From the NCBI GenBank assembly GCA_965200225.1, contig CBDATM010000001.1, forward strand, positions 633,510 through 697,509: 64,000 nt of DNA, given 5' to 3'. Positions 1 to 9,047 of the stretch are shown here, in pieces. The position numbers and the translations under genes are program-made. The DNA comes from Gammaproteobacteria bacterium (GTDB lineage: Bacteria > Pseudomonadota > Gammaproteobacteria > Steroidobacterales > Foliamicaceae). The notes under the pieces were generated by a model. The model had not been told where the DNA came from and searched no databases. It was given only the letters and a program-made list of their open reading frames with translations. The first letter of the stretch is position 1, and each line of letters begins with the position of its first letter.

Positions 1-1302
1 GTCGAGAGCGATCTTGCTTAGCGAGCCCAGCAGTTCGATGTTGCCCAGAGCAATTTCGATGTCATTGAACGCGCGGATGACGATTTCGCGGTAGCTGGCC
101 AGCGACGAGTCCATCGCCAGACGGGCGCTCTCCCTGGCCCGCCCGCGGCGGCCGAAATCGAACACGTTTTGCGCCAGAGAAGCGCTCAGGGCGGTGGCGA
201 CGCTGTTATCCGATGTCAACTTGCGCAGATCGCCGCTGGCGGTGTTGGCGGACGCGGTCAGCGAGATGCCGGGCAGCAGCGCGTTGCGCGCGATCGCCAC
301 GTTGGCCCGCGCCCGGCGCAGACTCATTTCGGCCTGCACGATGTCGGGCCGGCGAACGAGCAACTCCGACGGCAAGCCGGGCGCTACGGCGGGCGTTTGC
401 AAACCATCGAGCGTGGTGGCCTGCACATCGAAATTGCGAACTGGCTCGGCCACCAGCAGGGCCAGCGCCGCGCGCGCGGCGTATTCTTCCTGACGCAGCT
501 GGGCGAGCGCGTTGCGCTGCCGTTGCACCGCGATCTGTTGCTGCAGCGCGTCGATGGGGGTGAGCACGCCTGCCTCTACGCGTGCGCGGGTGATGCGCTC
601 GATGGCTTCCGCGTTCTGCAGATTGAGTTTCGCCGCCTCGATCTGATCGCGCGCGTAAAGAATGCGGAAATACGTGGAAGCAGCGGTGCCCAGCAGGTTC
701 AGCCGGGTGGCGGCGAGTTGCGCCGTGGCCGATTCAAAAGCCGCTTCGGCCGCCTCGAACCGGTATGGCTTGCTAAGGATGTCTGCGTAGCTAAGGCTCA
801 GTGCCAGACTCCCGGAATCCGAACCGCCGTCCTGAAACGAGCCGCCGGGCGGGGCGGCTCCGGCGTAGCTGCCGGAAGCGTTGAAATTGACCACCGGCGT
901 GGGGTAGAGGTCGAAGCCGGCGTCGATCAGCGCCAGTTGCGCCTGACGCAAGTTGCGTTCGGCGTTCTCAAGGCTCAGGTTGCGCTCCTGCACCTGCGCC
1001 ATGAGGTCGCGCAACTCGCCGCTGCCGAAGGCGTCCCACCATACTTCTCCGGGCCATTCGCCGGTTGCGTCTGCGGCCGCGCCCCAGTCCGGTGGCGTGT
1101 CCGTGTCCAGTGCAGGCATGGAAACTGTGGAACAGCTCGCCAGCACGATAGCTGCCAGCACGATAGCTGCCGTCCTGCCAGCCGCCGGGCCTCCAGCCGC
1201 CGGCGCAAAGGGCAGCCTTCTCGCGGCAATTCGCGAGTTCCCTTTCAGGCCGATTCGCGAGTTCCCATTCAGGCTGACGGGTTCCCAACTCACCTTTCGC
1301 AT
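1..1302 (-). CDS. Outer-membrane efflux lipoprotein, NodT/OprM (TolC-like) family; 3' end runs off the window
   Basis: Absent from the ORF track because it has no stop inside the window. Plus-strand triplets phased from position 1 contain no tta/cta/tca up to the ATG at 1302-1300, so the minus frame is open for 434 codons. Translation shows a lipobox (AAIVLASC/STV) and OMF-like repeats (WWDAFGSGELRDLM, LLPGISLTASA). It lies directly downstream of macA-macB. The true start may be internal. Confidence 0.75.
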   Translation of the reverse strand, partial: MRKVSWEPVSLNGNSRIGLKGNSRIAARRLPFAPAAGGPAAGRTAAIVLAAIVLASCSTVSMPALDTDTPPDWGAAADATGEWPGEVWWDAFGSGELRDLMAQVQERNLSLENAERNLRQAQLALIDAGFDLYPTPVVNFNASGSYAGAAPPGGSFQDGGSDSGSLALSLSYADILSKPYRFEAAEAAFESATAQLAATRLNLLGTAASTYFRILYARDQIEAAKLNLQNAEAIERITRARVEAGVLTPIDALQQQIAVQRQRNALAQLRQEEYAARAALALLVAEPVRNFDVQATTLDGLQTPAVAPGLPSELLVRRPDIVQAEMSLRRARANVAIARNALLPGISLTASANTASGDLRKLTSDNSVATALSASLAQNVFDFGRRGRARESARLAMDSSLASYREIVIRAFNDIEIALGNIELLGSLSKIALD

Positions 1303-1373
1303 GTCGCTTCCTCGTTCGGAATTGCCGATATTAGCGCCGTGACTGGCTCACATTGTCGCGTCACCACGGGCTG

Positions 1374-3380
1374 CTAGGCCCGCAGCGCCGTGACCGGGTC
1401 CATCCTTGCCGCCCGCCGCGCCGGCGCAAAGCCGAATATCACGCCCGTCAAGGTGGCGCAGGACAGTCCGACCAGCAGAATCCAGGGCGTAAACGCTACT
1501 ACCGCCATGGGCGTAAAACTGTTCGCCACAGCCGCCAGTCCAACCGCTATGATCAGCCCGACGCCGCCGCCCAGCACCGCGACCATTGCGGCCTCGCAGA
1601 CGAACTGCATCAGGATGTCGCGCTGGCGCGCGCCGATGGCCATGCGCAGCCCGATCTCGCGGGTGCGTTCGGCCACCGAGGCCAGCATGATGTTCATTAC
1701 GCCAATGCCGGCCACCACCAGCGAAATGCCTCCGATGGCGCCGAACACCAGGCTCACAATCCGGCTTACATTGTTCTGGGCCTCCAGAATTTCCGCCTGA
1801 TTCGCGATCTGAAACGCGCCTGCTCCGAGACGTTGGCTCAGCAGCGCCGTAATCGCATTCTGGACCGTCTCGACCTCTTCCATATCCGCTGCGACAACCT
1901 GAATCGAGTCCAGGTTGTCGCGGCCGAACAATCGCGCCCCGCCCGTCATGAGCGGCACATGGGCGGCCCGCTGCAGGGGGTCGAAGGCGGCGAATATTCC
2001 CTCACTTCGCTTGAGCACGCCGATTACCTGGTACGGCTCGCCGTTGATCAGGATGTACTCGCCCACCGCCTGGGCGCGTTCGCCAAACAGTTCGCCCGCC
2101 AGCAGCCCGCCTAGAATGACCACCGGCGCATAGACTTCGCTGTGCGAATCGTCGAAAAATGCGCCCTGCGCCAAACGCAGCCCACGCTCCTGCATCGCCA
2201 GGCCGGTGGTGGCGCGAATTCGCGCCCACTCGTCTTTTTCCCCTCCTGACAGCCTCCCGCCGCCGTTCATTTCAGGCGCCACCCAAAGCAGGTTGGAGAT
2301 TTGCGAACGGATGGCTTCCGCATCGCCCAGGGTGAGAGGCTTGCTGTTTTCGCCGAACTGGGGACTTATCGTGATGCCGCCGCCGCCGAGGCCCTGGAAA
2401 CTGTTGATGATCGAGGTGCGCATGCCCTGGGCCACGCCCAGCATGGCGGTGACGGAGAACACCCCGATGACAATGCCCAGCAGCGTAAGCGCAGTGCGCG
2501 ACTTGTTGCCGCGCAGGGTGCGCAGCGCCGTTTGCGCGCTTTCCGTCAGCGATGCTATCGGCGCCTGGATGCGCGGCCGCGGCGAGGCTGTGCGCAGGGC
2601 TTGTGTAGTGTGCGGGGCGTGGTGTGTGTGTGGTGTGTGTGCCGCTTGCGCCGCCCGGGAAGCGGAAACTCGTCCACCCTCCGCCTCTGCGCCCGTGTCT
2701 CCTACAACCCGGCCGTCCAGAAGCTCAATGCGCCGTTGCGCGTGGTCGGCCACGACCGGATCGTGGGTGACCAGGATCACCGTGCGCCCGCGCTCGGATA
2801 GCGCTGCCAGTTGCGCCATGATCTCCTTGCCGTTGCGCGAATCCACCGAGCCGGTGGGCTCGTCCGCCAGCACCACTGCCGCGCCGTTCATCAGCGCCCG
2901 CGCAATGGCCACCCGTTGCTGCTCGCCGCCCGACATTTCGTTGGGATGATGATCGGTGCGATGCGCCAAACCCAGCCTCGACAGCAGTTCCGCGGACCGG
3001 GACCAGCGAACACGCTTACCTGTTCCGGCGTAAATGGCGGGCATCTCGACGTTCTCTTGCGCCGTAGCCATGCGCAGCAGGTTGTAGTTCTGGAACACGA
3101 ATCCGAACGCTTCGCGCCGCAGGCGGGCCCGGCTGTCCGCTCCGACCTCGTGAACCGGCCGGCCCTTGTAGAAATACTCGCCATCGCTGGGCCGGTCGAG
3201 ACAGCCGATGATGTTCATCAGCGTGGTCTTGCCCGAACCGGACGGCCCCATCACCGCAACAAATTCACCCGCGTGTATATCCAGCGTGACGCCCTTGAGC
3301 GCGCCCACTTCGGCGCCCCCGGCGCGATACCGCCGGCTGACGTTGTTCAGCGCAATCAGCGGCGAGTTCGCCTGCGTCAT
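1374..3380 (-). CDS. macB: MacB-type ABC efflux transporter (fused ATPase + FtsX-like permease)
   Basis: 668-aa ORF with Walker A GPSGSGKTT, signature MSGGEQQRVAIARAL and Walker B VVLADEPTG. The C-terminal 4-TM permease has a large periplasmic loop. The start overlaps the macA stop. Confidence 0.9.
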   Translation of the reverse strand: MTQANSPLIALNNVSRRYRAGGAEVGALKGVTLDIHAGEFVAVMGPSGSGKTTLMNIIGCLDRPSDGEYFYKGRPVHEVGADSRARLRREAFGFVFQNYNLLRMATAQENVEMPAIYAGTGKRVRWSRSAELLSRLGLAHRTDHHPNEMSGGEQQRVAIARALMNGAAVVLADEPTGSVDSRNGKEIMAQLAALSERGRTVILVTHDPVVADHAQRRIELLDGRVVGDTGAEAEGGRVSASRAAQAAHTPHTHHAPHTTQALRTASPRPRIQAPIASLTESAQTALRTLRGNKSRTALTLLGIVIGVFSVTAMLGVAQGMRTSIINSFQGLGGGGITISPQFGENSKPLTLGDAEAIRSQISNLLWVAPEMNGGGRLSGGEKDEWARIRATTGLAMQERGLRLAQGAFFDDSHSEVYAPVVILGGLLAGELFGERAQAVGEYILINGEPYQVIGVLKRSEGIFAAFDPLQRAAHVPLMTGGARLFGRDNLDSIQVVAADMEEVETVQNAITALLSQRLGAGAFQIANQAEILEAQNNVSRIVSLVFGAIGGISLVVAGIGVMNIMLASVAERTREIGLRMAIGARQRDILMQFVCEAAMVAVLGGGVGLIIAVGLAAVANSFTPMAVVAFTPWILLVGLSCATLTGVIFGFAPARRAARMDPVTALRA

Positions 3381-4732
3381 CAGCGGCCAAAGGGCCCGGA
3401 GAACTGAGGCATTGGCGGTTGCGGGGTGCCTGTCACGACTTGCTCGCCTTCGGTGAGACCCGACAGCACTTCGATTTCCACCTCGTTGCTGGCGCCCACG
3501 CGCACCGTTCGCGTTTCCTGTTCGCCGTCGGAGCCCACCACCTGCACCGTGGCCGTCCGCTCCCGGGACTGACGCGGTGTCTGGCCGCGATCTTCGTCTT
3601 TGCCTGCTGCGGAAGCCGCTGCCGCGCGCCGTGCTGTGCGCCGTGCTGCGCGCTGCGCGCCGAATCCTGGTCCCCGGAACTGGCCCCGCGGGCCGCCGCC
3701 GGCGCCCTGTCGCGCATACTGGCCCGCCGCGCTCATCGGCCCGTCGGCGAACACTACCGCGCCCCGCGGCACCTTGAGAACGTCGCGCGCCGCCTCCACC
3801 ACGAAGAACACCTTGGCAGTCATTCCCGGCAGCAGCGCGCCGTCCGGATTCTCCACTTCCATAAGCGCGTCGAACTGCGCCAGCCCGCCGGTTCCGCCGC
3901 CGACACCCTGCGGTATGGGCGAAATCTCCTTGAGTTGTCCCTGCCAGCGCCGGTCGCCATCCGCCGGAGTGGTGAAGTAGGCTTCCATGCCCGTGGTCAG
4001 ACGGCGCATGTCTGCTTCCGACACCTTGGCGCTGACCGTAATGGTGCGCAGGTCGCCAATCCGCAGGATGATCGGCGCCGTCAGCGATGCGTTGAGTGTT
4101 TGCCCTTCCTGCGCGGAGACGCTCACGACCGTGCCGTCGGTCGGCGCCGTGATGCGGGTGAAGTCCAACTGCGCCTTGGCTTCCTCCAGACTGGCTTGCG
4201 CTTGTTCGATTTGCAGCAGATGACGCGCCAGACTGGCTTCGGCCTGCGCCAGGTTCACCACCGACCGGTCATACTCCACCTCGGTGGTGGCCTGGGCCGC
4301 CATCAGACGCTCCTGACGCTGAAGCTCCCCGCGCGACAGTGCAAGACTGGCCTCCTGCGAAGATGAAGACGCCTCCAGCGACTCCAGGCTGGCTTCGGAT
4401 TGCGCCACGCGGCTGCGGGTAATGAAGTCGTCAATCTCCGCCAGCAGATCGCCTGCGGATACTACGTCGCCAAGGCGCACGTGCAGCTTCTTGAGTTGCC
4501 CGGACACCTGCGCGCCCACGTCCACCAGGCTGCCGGCCTGCAGCGTCCCGGAAGTCGCAATCAATTGCTCGATATCGCCTCTCGTGACTGGCGCCGTGGT
4601 GGGAGGCGGAGGCGGCTCCTCCCCCTCCGGCCACAGGAACCATGCAACCACGCCCGCTATCACCACAAGCGCGACCGCCTTGGCGCGATTGCGCCGCAGC
4701 CAGACCAGAATTCCGCCGGAGCTGCGTGTCAC
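3380..4732 (-). CDS. macA: HlyD/MacA-family periplasmic adaptor (membrane fusion protein)
   Basis: 450-aa ORF with an N-terminal TM anchor, a coiled-coil hairpin (QAEASLARHLLQIEQAQASLEEAKAQLDF) and a low-complexity Gly/Arg insert near the C-terminus. It is the first gene of the macA-macB-OMF operon. Confidence 0.85.
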   Translation of the reverse strand: MTRSSGGILVWLRRNRAKAVALVVIAGVVAWFLWPEGEEPPPPPTTAPVTRGDIEQLIATSGTLQAGSLVDVGAQVSGQLKKLHVRLGDVVSAGDLLAEIDDFITRSRVAQSEASLESLEASSSSQEASLALSRGELQRQERLMAAQATTEVEYDRSVVNLAQAEASLARHLLQIEQAQASLEEAKAQLDFTRITAPTDGTVVSVSAQEGQTLNASLTAPIILRIGDLRTITVSAKVSEADMRRLTTGMEAYFTTPADGDRRWQGQLKEISPIPQGVGGGTGGLAQFDALMEVENPDGALLPGMTAKVFFVVEAARDVLKVPRGAVVFADGPMSAAGQYARQGAGGGPRGQFRGPGFGAQRAARRTARRAAAASAAGKDEDRGQTPRQSRERTATVQVVGSDGEQETRTVRVGASNEVEIEVLSGLTEGEQVVTGTPQPPMPQFSGPFGR

Positions 4733-4858
4733 GGCACTGGCTTCATCATTCGCAGGATTGGTCCGCCCGGCCCGGCTGCTTCGTGTGGCCCGACTGCTTC
4801 GTCAAGCATGACTGCTTCGTCAGGCACAACTGCTTGGCTCCTTTGCTCCGCCTTGGCC

Positions 4859-5323
4859 TCAATTGGGCAGTGGGCGCGCGGTGCTGACGACCAGGGTGCG
4901 GGCAATCTTGTCATGCCAGCCCTGCTTTCTCTTGTCGAATGCCACCCAGAGAAAGCCCAGACCCAAGGCCAGCCCGGAAACGATGTATCCCAGGTAGCGA
5001 ATGACGCATTGCAGCGGCGAGGCCGGCTCGCCGGTTTTCGCATCGACAATCTTTACCTTTACAAGCATCTTGCCGATCGTGGCCGATTTGAGAATCCAGA
5101 AACCCACATAGTAAACGGCGGGCAACACGTAGTTGAAGAAGACGCGCTCGCGGGTGATGTCTTTCCCAACTCCTTCCATCGCCCATTCCATGTAGCCTTG
5201 TCCGTGCAGCAGCCGCACCGCCAGAACCGTAACGCCGAAAAGAATCAAGCCGTCCAGGAACACCGCCCCTACCCGAATCCAGAATCCGCCATACCGCGGA
5301 TTCGCCGCACCGCCATCATTCAT
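4859..5323 (-). CDS. RDD-family membrane protein
   Basis: 154-aa ORF. GGFWIRVGAVFLDGLIL and the C-terminal KRKQGWHDKIARTLVV are typical RDD-domain landmarks. It has 3 predicted TM helices. Confidence 0.8.
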   Translation of the reverse strand: MNDGGAANPRYGGFWIRVGAVFLDGLILFGVTVLAVRLLHGQGYMEWAMEGVGKDITRERVFFNYVLPAVYYVGFWILKSATIGKMLVKVKIVDAKTGEPASPLQCVIRYLGYIVSGLALGLGFLWVAFDKRKQGWHDKIARTLVVSTARPLPN

Positions 5324-6216
5324 GGCTTTCGCTCTTTCTGTAATCTGTCATCATTGGCGGTAAGGCACTCGAAGTCCCCAAAGTGCCACCCCCTGCCTAC
5401 CATGGAATGGTTGCGCGGCAAGACAAGCGTCACCACAACAAGCGCCAGGAGAGCGGGGAAAATCCATCTTTTGGATTGCGTTCAGTTTAATGGGCGCTTC
5501 AATCCTACACTACACGGCTTGAACCGTACGCTCTCTCGATATTCAGGACTGCGCTTCGGCAGCCGAGCGGCTGGTATGCACCGGAATGAGTCTTGAGGAT
5601 GCGATCGCCAGGGCCGGGATTGAGAATGAGCGGCGAACCCGCCGAAGTCGGTTCCTGCTCCTGGACTTGGTACCGCGGGGCTGCGGGACCTTCCCCCTGG
5701 CCGACGCCACAAGCGCAACAGGCGTTACGGGCGCTACGGGCGTACGGACTATAGTGCCAGTTCTACCTCTCCGCTGCACCCACACAGGTGCTCACAACAT
5801 ACGTGCTCGCAACATCCGGCCATGCTCGCGTTCAGCGTTGCGGTGCAGCGTCTTGGCTTCCCTTGGTCTGTTGATCAGAGTCAAAAGCTCCGGCCTTCTT
5901 GGCTTTGTGTAGCAAGATCGCGGCAGGCACAAGTTCTTCATAACGGCCTCATTATCAGCAATAAAGTTGCACCTGCCTCTGCTCGGCGCTGTTCTGCTGG
6001 TCTGTTCCGCTGCTCAGTGCTGCTGGTCTGAACAAGACTCCAAATGGCCGATGGGAAAGTGCGAGCGGTTTTTCGTATTCGGCCTCGGAAACGGCTGTAT
6101 GGGGGCGCTTTTCAGTAGCGGGTAACGGCACCGGGAAAGCACGCGAAAAAGCACGTGGAGAGGCACGTAGAAGAGGACTAAAATAGCACATAATAGATTG
6201 ATTCCATTAGTGATTC

Positions 6217-7588
6217 ATGCTATATTTCGAACTCTGTAAAGGGACTGAAAGGAGCCCCGATATGGACCTTCAATGCACCGCTTCCAACGCCTCCGTTTGC
6301 GATGCCCAGCGTCCGGTGCCTGGGCCGGATTCGGGCGAGTTTTCTTCAACTGTAGCTGGGGCTGTGGAGCCTGCCTCACTCCCCGTCGCTCTTCCCTCAC
6401 CTCCCGTCGCTCTTCCCTCACCTCCCGTCGCGCTTCCCTCACCGCCCAAAGCGCGGCAGGCCCGCCCGGGCAGCGAGGAGTGGATGGCCGAACGGACTCG
6501 CGAACAGACCGAGCTCGACAAGCTGGAAGCGAAGATCACCGAACTATGGGATCACATTAACGCCGCCACGGCGCAGTTCCTGGCACTGCTGGCAGAGTTC
6601 GACCGCAAGGAAGGCTGGGCTCAGCATGGCGTGGCCAGTTGTGCGCACTGGCTGAACTGGCAATGCGGTATCAGCTCGGGGGCGGCCCGGGAAAAGGTGC
6701 GAACGGCGCGGGCCTTGGAATCGCTGCCCAAGATCAGGGAAGCCTTCAGCGAAGGGCGTCTGTCGTATTCCAAGGTGCGGGCGGTAACCCGGGTGGCGAC
6801 AAAGGGGACGGAAGACTCTCTGTTGAACATTGCCTTGCATGGCACGGCGGCGCATGTGGAGCGTACGGTTCGGGGATTTCGCCGGGTGCAGCGCGAGTTG
6901 GAGCGCAACGAAGCACGGGAGTTGCACGAGCGGCGCTATCTGGACTGTCGCCGTGAAGCGGATGGCAGCGTGAAGTTGGAAGCTTGCTTGCCGACTGAGT
7001 TGGGGGAGATGTTGCTCAAGGCGCTGGAAGCGGCCCAGGCGGAACTGGATGAACGGGACCAACAGGACGAACGAGACGGACGGGGAAAACGTGACGAGCG
7101 CGATGAACGCGATGAACGAGGCGAATGCTATGGGGACGCGGAGCACGCTGGGACTTCCGCCGGGGCCTGCGCGGCGGATGCGGATTCGAATGCGGAGACT
7201 GCCGACGTTTCCGCGGAAACGTACGGGAAGCAATCGGCCCGCCCGCAACGCTGTGGAAAGGCAGGGTCAGGCGTTTCCGCGGAAACGTCTTTGCAAAGGC
7301 GGGGGCGAGAGAGAGAGGAAATGTAAAGGCGAAGGCGAAGGCGGGGGGGAGAGCGAGGGAAAAGAGAAATGGAAAAGCGAATACGAGGGCAAAGATAAAG
7401 ACAAAGGCAAAGTCGAGAGCGAGGTCGAAGACAGGATGCCTTCCCCCGGAGGAGAGGCGCTGGCGGCGTTCAACGCGGCGCGTAGGCTGGACATTGATGC
7501 CGGCACCGCACGTTGCGGCTGGGGCGGGGAGCGTATGGACTACGACATCGCGATTGATGGGCTGTGCTGGGAGGCGGGGTACCGATGA
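6217..7588 (+). pseudogene. Decayed DUF222 / HNH-endonuclease (13E12-repeat type) gene
   Basis: The 6217..7326 frame carries a clear DUF222 core (LALLAEFDRKEGWAQHGVASCAHWLNWQCGIS...LPKIREAFSEGRLSYSKVRAVTRVAT). No CxxC/HH HNH core follows. It is replaced by acidic and purine-rich low complexity. The usual C-terminal tail of this family (RLDIDAGTARCGWGGERMDYDIAIDGL) appears in another frame (7049..7588). Confidence 0.6.
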
Positions 7589-7756
7589 ACTGTTGGCAAC
7601 AGGGAACCGCCCCTGGTTTCGCGGAGGCTCCGTTGTTTGGGAGGATGGAGCGGGCTACTCGTCTGACGTTACTCTATTGCTGCGACAGGGCCGTTTGCGC
7701 GGGACCAACTTCGCCGCGCTATAGCGAAACCCTTCGCTGATAGAAGGCCATGTCAG

Positions 7757-8239
7757 TTGCATATTCATGTTTGTTCGTTGTCAAATGGAAAAACCATCAT
7801 TGAGGGTCTTTCCATGGGACGAGCGGTAACGGAAATTGTGCTGAGCGATGAAGAGCGGTTGGAACTTGAGCGTTGGCGCCGGCGGCGCAACGGTCGGGCC
7901 GGACTTTATGTGCGGGCCGGCATCGTGCTGGATTGCGCGGCGGGACTGTCCGGCAAAGAGATTGCCGAACGGCATCACACGAGCCAGCAGACCGTAAGCA
8001 AGTGGCGCCGCCGGTTTGCAGCCGGGCGGCTGGCTGGTCTGTCCGATGCTCCGCGAAGCGGCCAGCCCCGGCGCCACGGTGACGAGAAGGTGCAAGAAGT
8101 CCTGAACGCTACCCTGCACCGCCGTCCGAAGAACGCCACGCACTGGAGCGTGCGCGGCCTTTCCGAGGAACTGGGCGTGCCGCGGGATTTTGTTCACCGC
8201 GTGTGGCGGTCCTATGGCCTGAAGCCTCATTTGGCCTGA
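7757..8239 (+). mobile_element. IS630-family transposase, N-terminal HTH fragment only (DDE domain missing)
   Basis: MGRAVTEIVLSDEERLELERWRRRR...GLSGKEIAERHHTSQQTVSKWRRRFAAGRLAGLSDAPRSGQPRR...THWSVRGLSEELGV matches IS630 orfA-like HTH domains. The ORF stops after about 140 aa at a 15-bp tandem duplication. AT-rich DNA follows, not a DDE domain. Confidence 0.7.
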
Positions 8240-8503
8240 AGCCTCATCTGTGGCATATCTTAAAGGAATTAACCGGACAGTACACTAGGAACCATTGATT
8301 TATTTGAAAAATATATATATTTCTTCGAACTTTCTTTGAATTAAAGAAAGCCCCAAGGCTGCCCGTACGATGCGATAGCGCCCGGCTGGGGGTGAAGCTG
8401 CGGGAGCAGTCTCTTGTTGCCGGTTCGAGCAAAGTGTCTGGCAATACCGCCGGATGATATAGATATACCTACGATGCCGCGTTCAAGGTAAGGGGGGAAG
8501 CTG

Positions 8504-8878
8504 ATGTGTAGCAAATTATTGTATGTGGGGGTTGCCATCTTTACTCTTGTGTTCCTTGCGGGGTGTAGTAGTACTAGTTCCCCTTATGTCTATACCTTGA
8601 AATTTACACCAGATGGAGATTATGTAATTTCCGGGTCAGGTCGCGAGGCTCCAATTCGTCAAGCACTCGAGCATGTTTATAGCGTTTGCGGCGGCAAGGT
8701 ATTGGACAATGGAATGACAAACGTAGAGTTTGTTTCATATAGCATCGTGCCCGAACTGGGAGACGAAGGATGGCAATTCCGGAGGCTTGAGTGTAGTCCA
8801 GAGGCAGCCTCAAAACCGGGCAAAATGAGCTTTAGTATGCCAATGCAATCGCCACAGAATGTGTCAGCCGCCAGCTAA
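8504..8878 (+). CDS. Small lipoprotein of unknown function (low-G+C, probably acquired)
   Basis: 124-aa ORF with signal peptide and lipobox (VFLAGC/SS). Its G+C is visibly lower than the flanks. It follows an AT-rich 260-bp spacer. Confidence 0.55.
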   Translation: MCSKLLYVGVAIFTLVFLAGCSSTSSPYVYTLKFTPDGDYVISGSGREAPIRQALEHVYSVCGGKVLDNGMTNVEFVSYSIVPELGDEGWQFRRLECSPEAASKPGKMSFSMPMQSPQNVSAAS

Positions 8879-9047
8879 GGAGAGTCTGAGCAAGGCCCGA
8901 AATAGCGCTTGGGGAAGCCGTCTGCCGATTTTTTTGACGGCGGTGGCGACATGACGGCGGTGACGCGGTGGTGGCGCGGCTGCGGCCGGATTCGCCAGCG
9001 GATAGTATGGGGGCGGTATCGGCAGGAAATTTGGCGAGGGGAAAGGC

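Noticed and set aside
169-1377. 402-aa plus-strand ORF, and similar long ORFs antisense to real genes (for example 8832..9971 -, 16993..18333 -, 18014..19360 -, 20162..21514 -, 32990..35263 +, 48027..49313 -, 54432..55448 -, 58256..59965 -)
   Set aside because: They are Arg/Gly/Ala/Pro-rich with no motifs and lie fully opposite ORFs that have clear family signatures. These are the typical shadow ORFs of high-G+C DNA.
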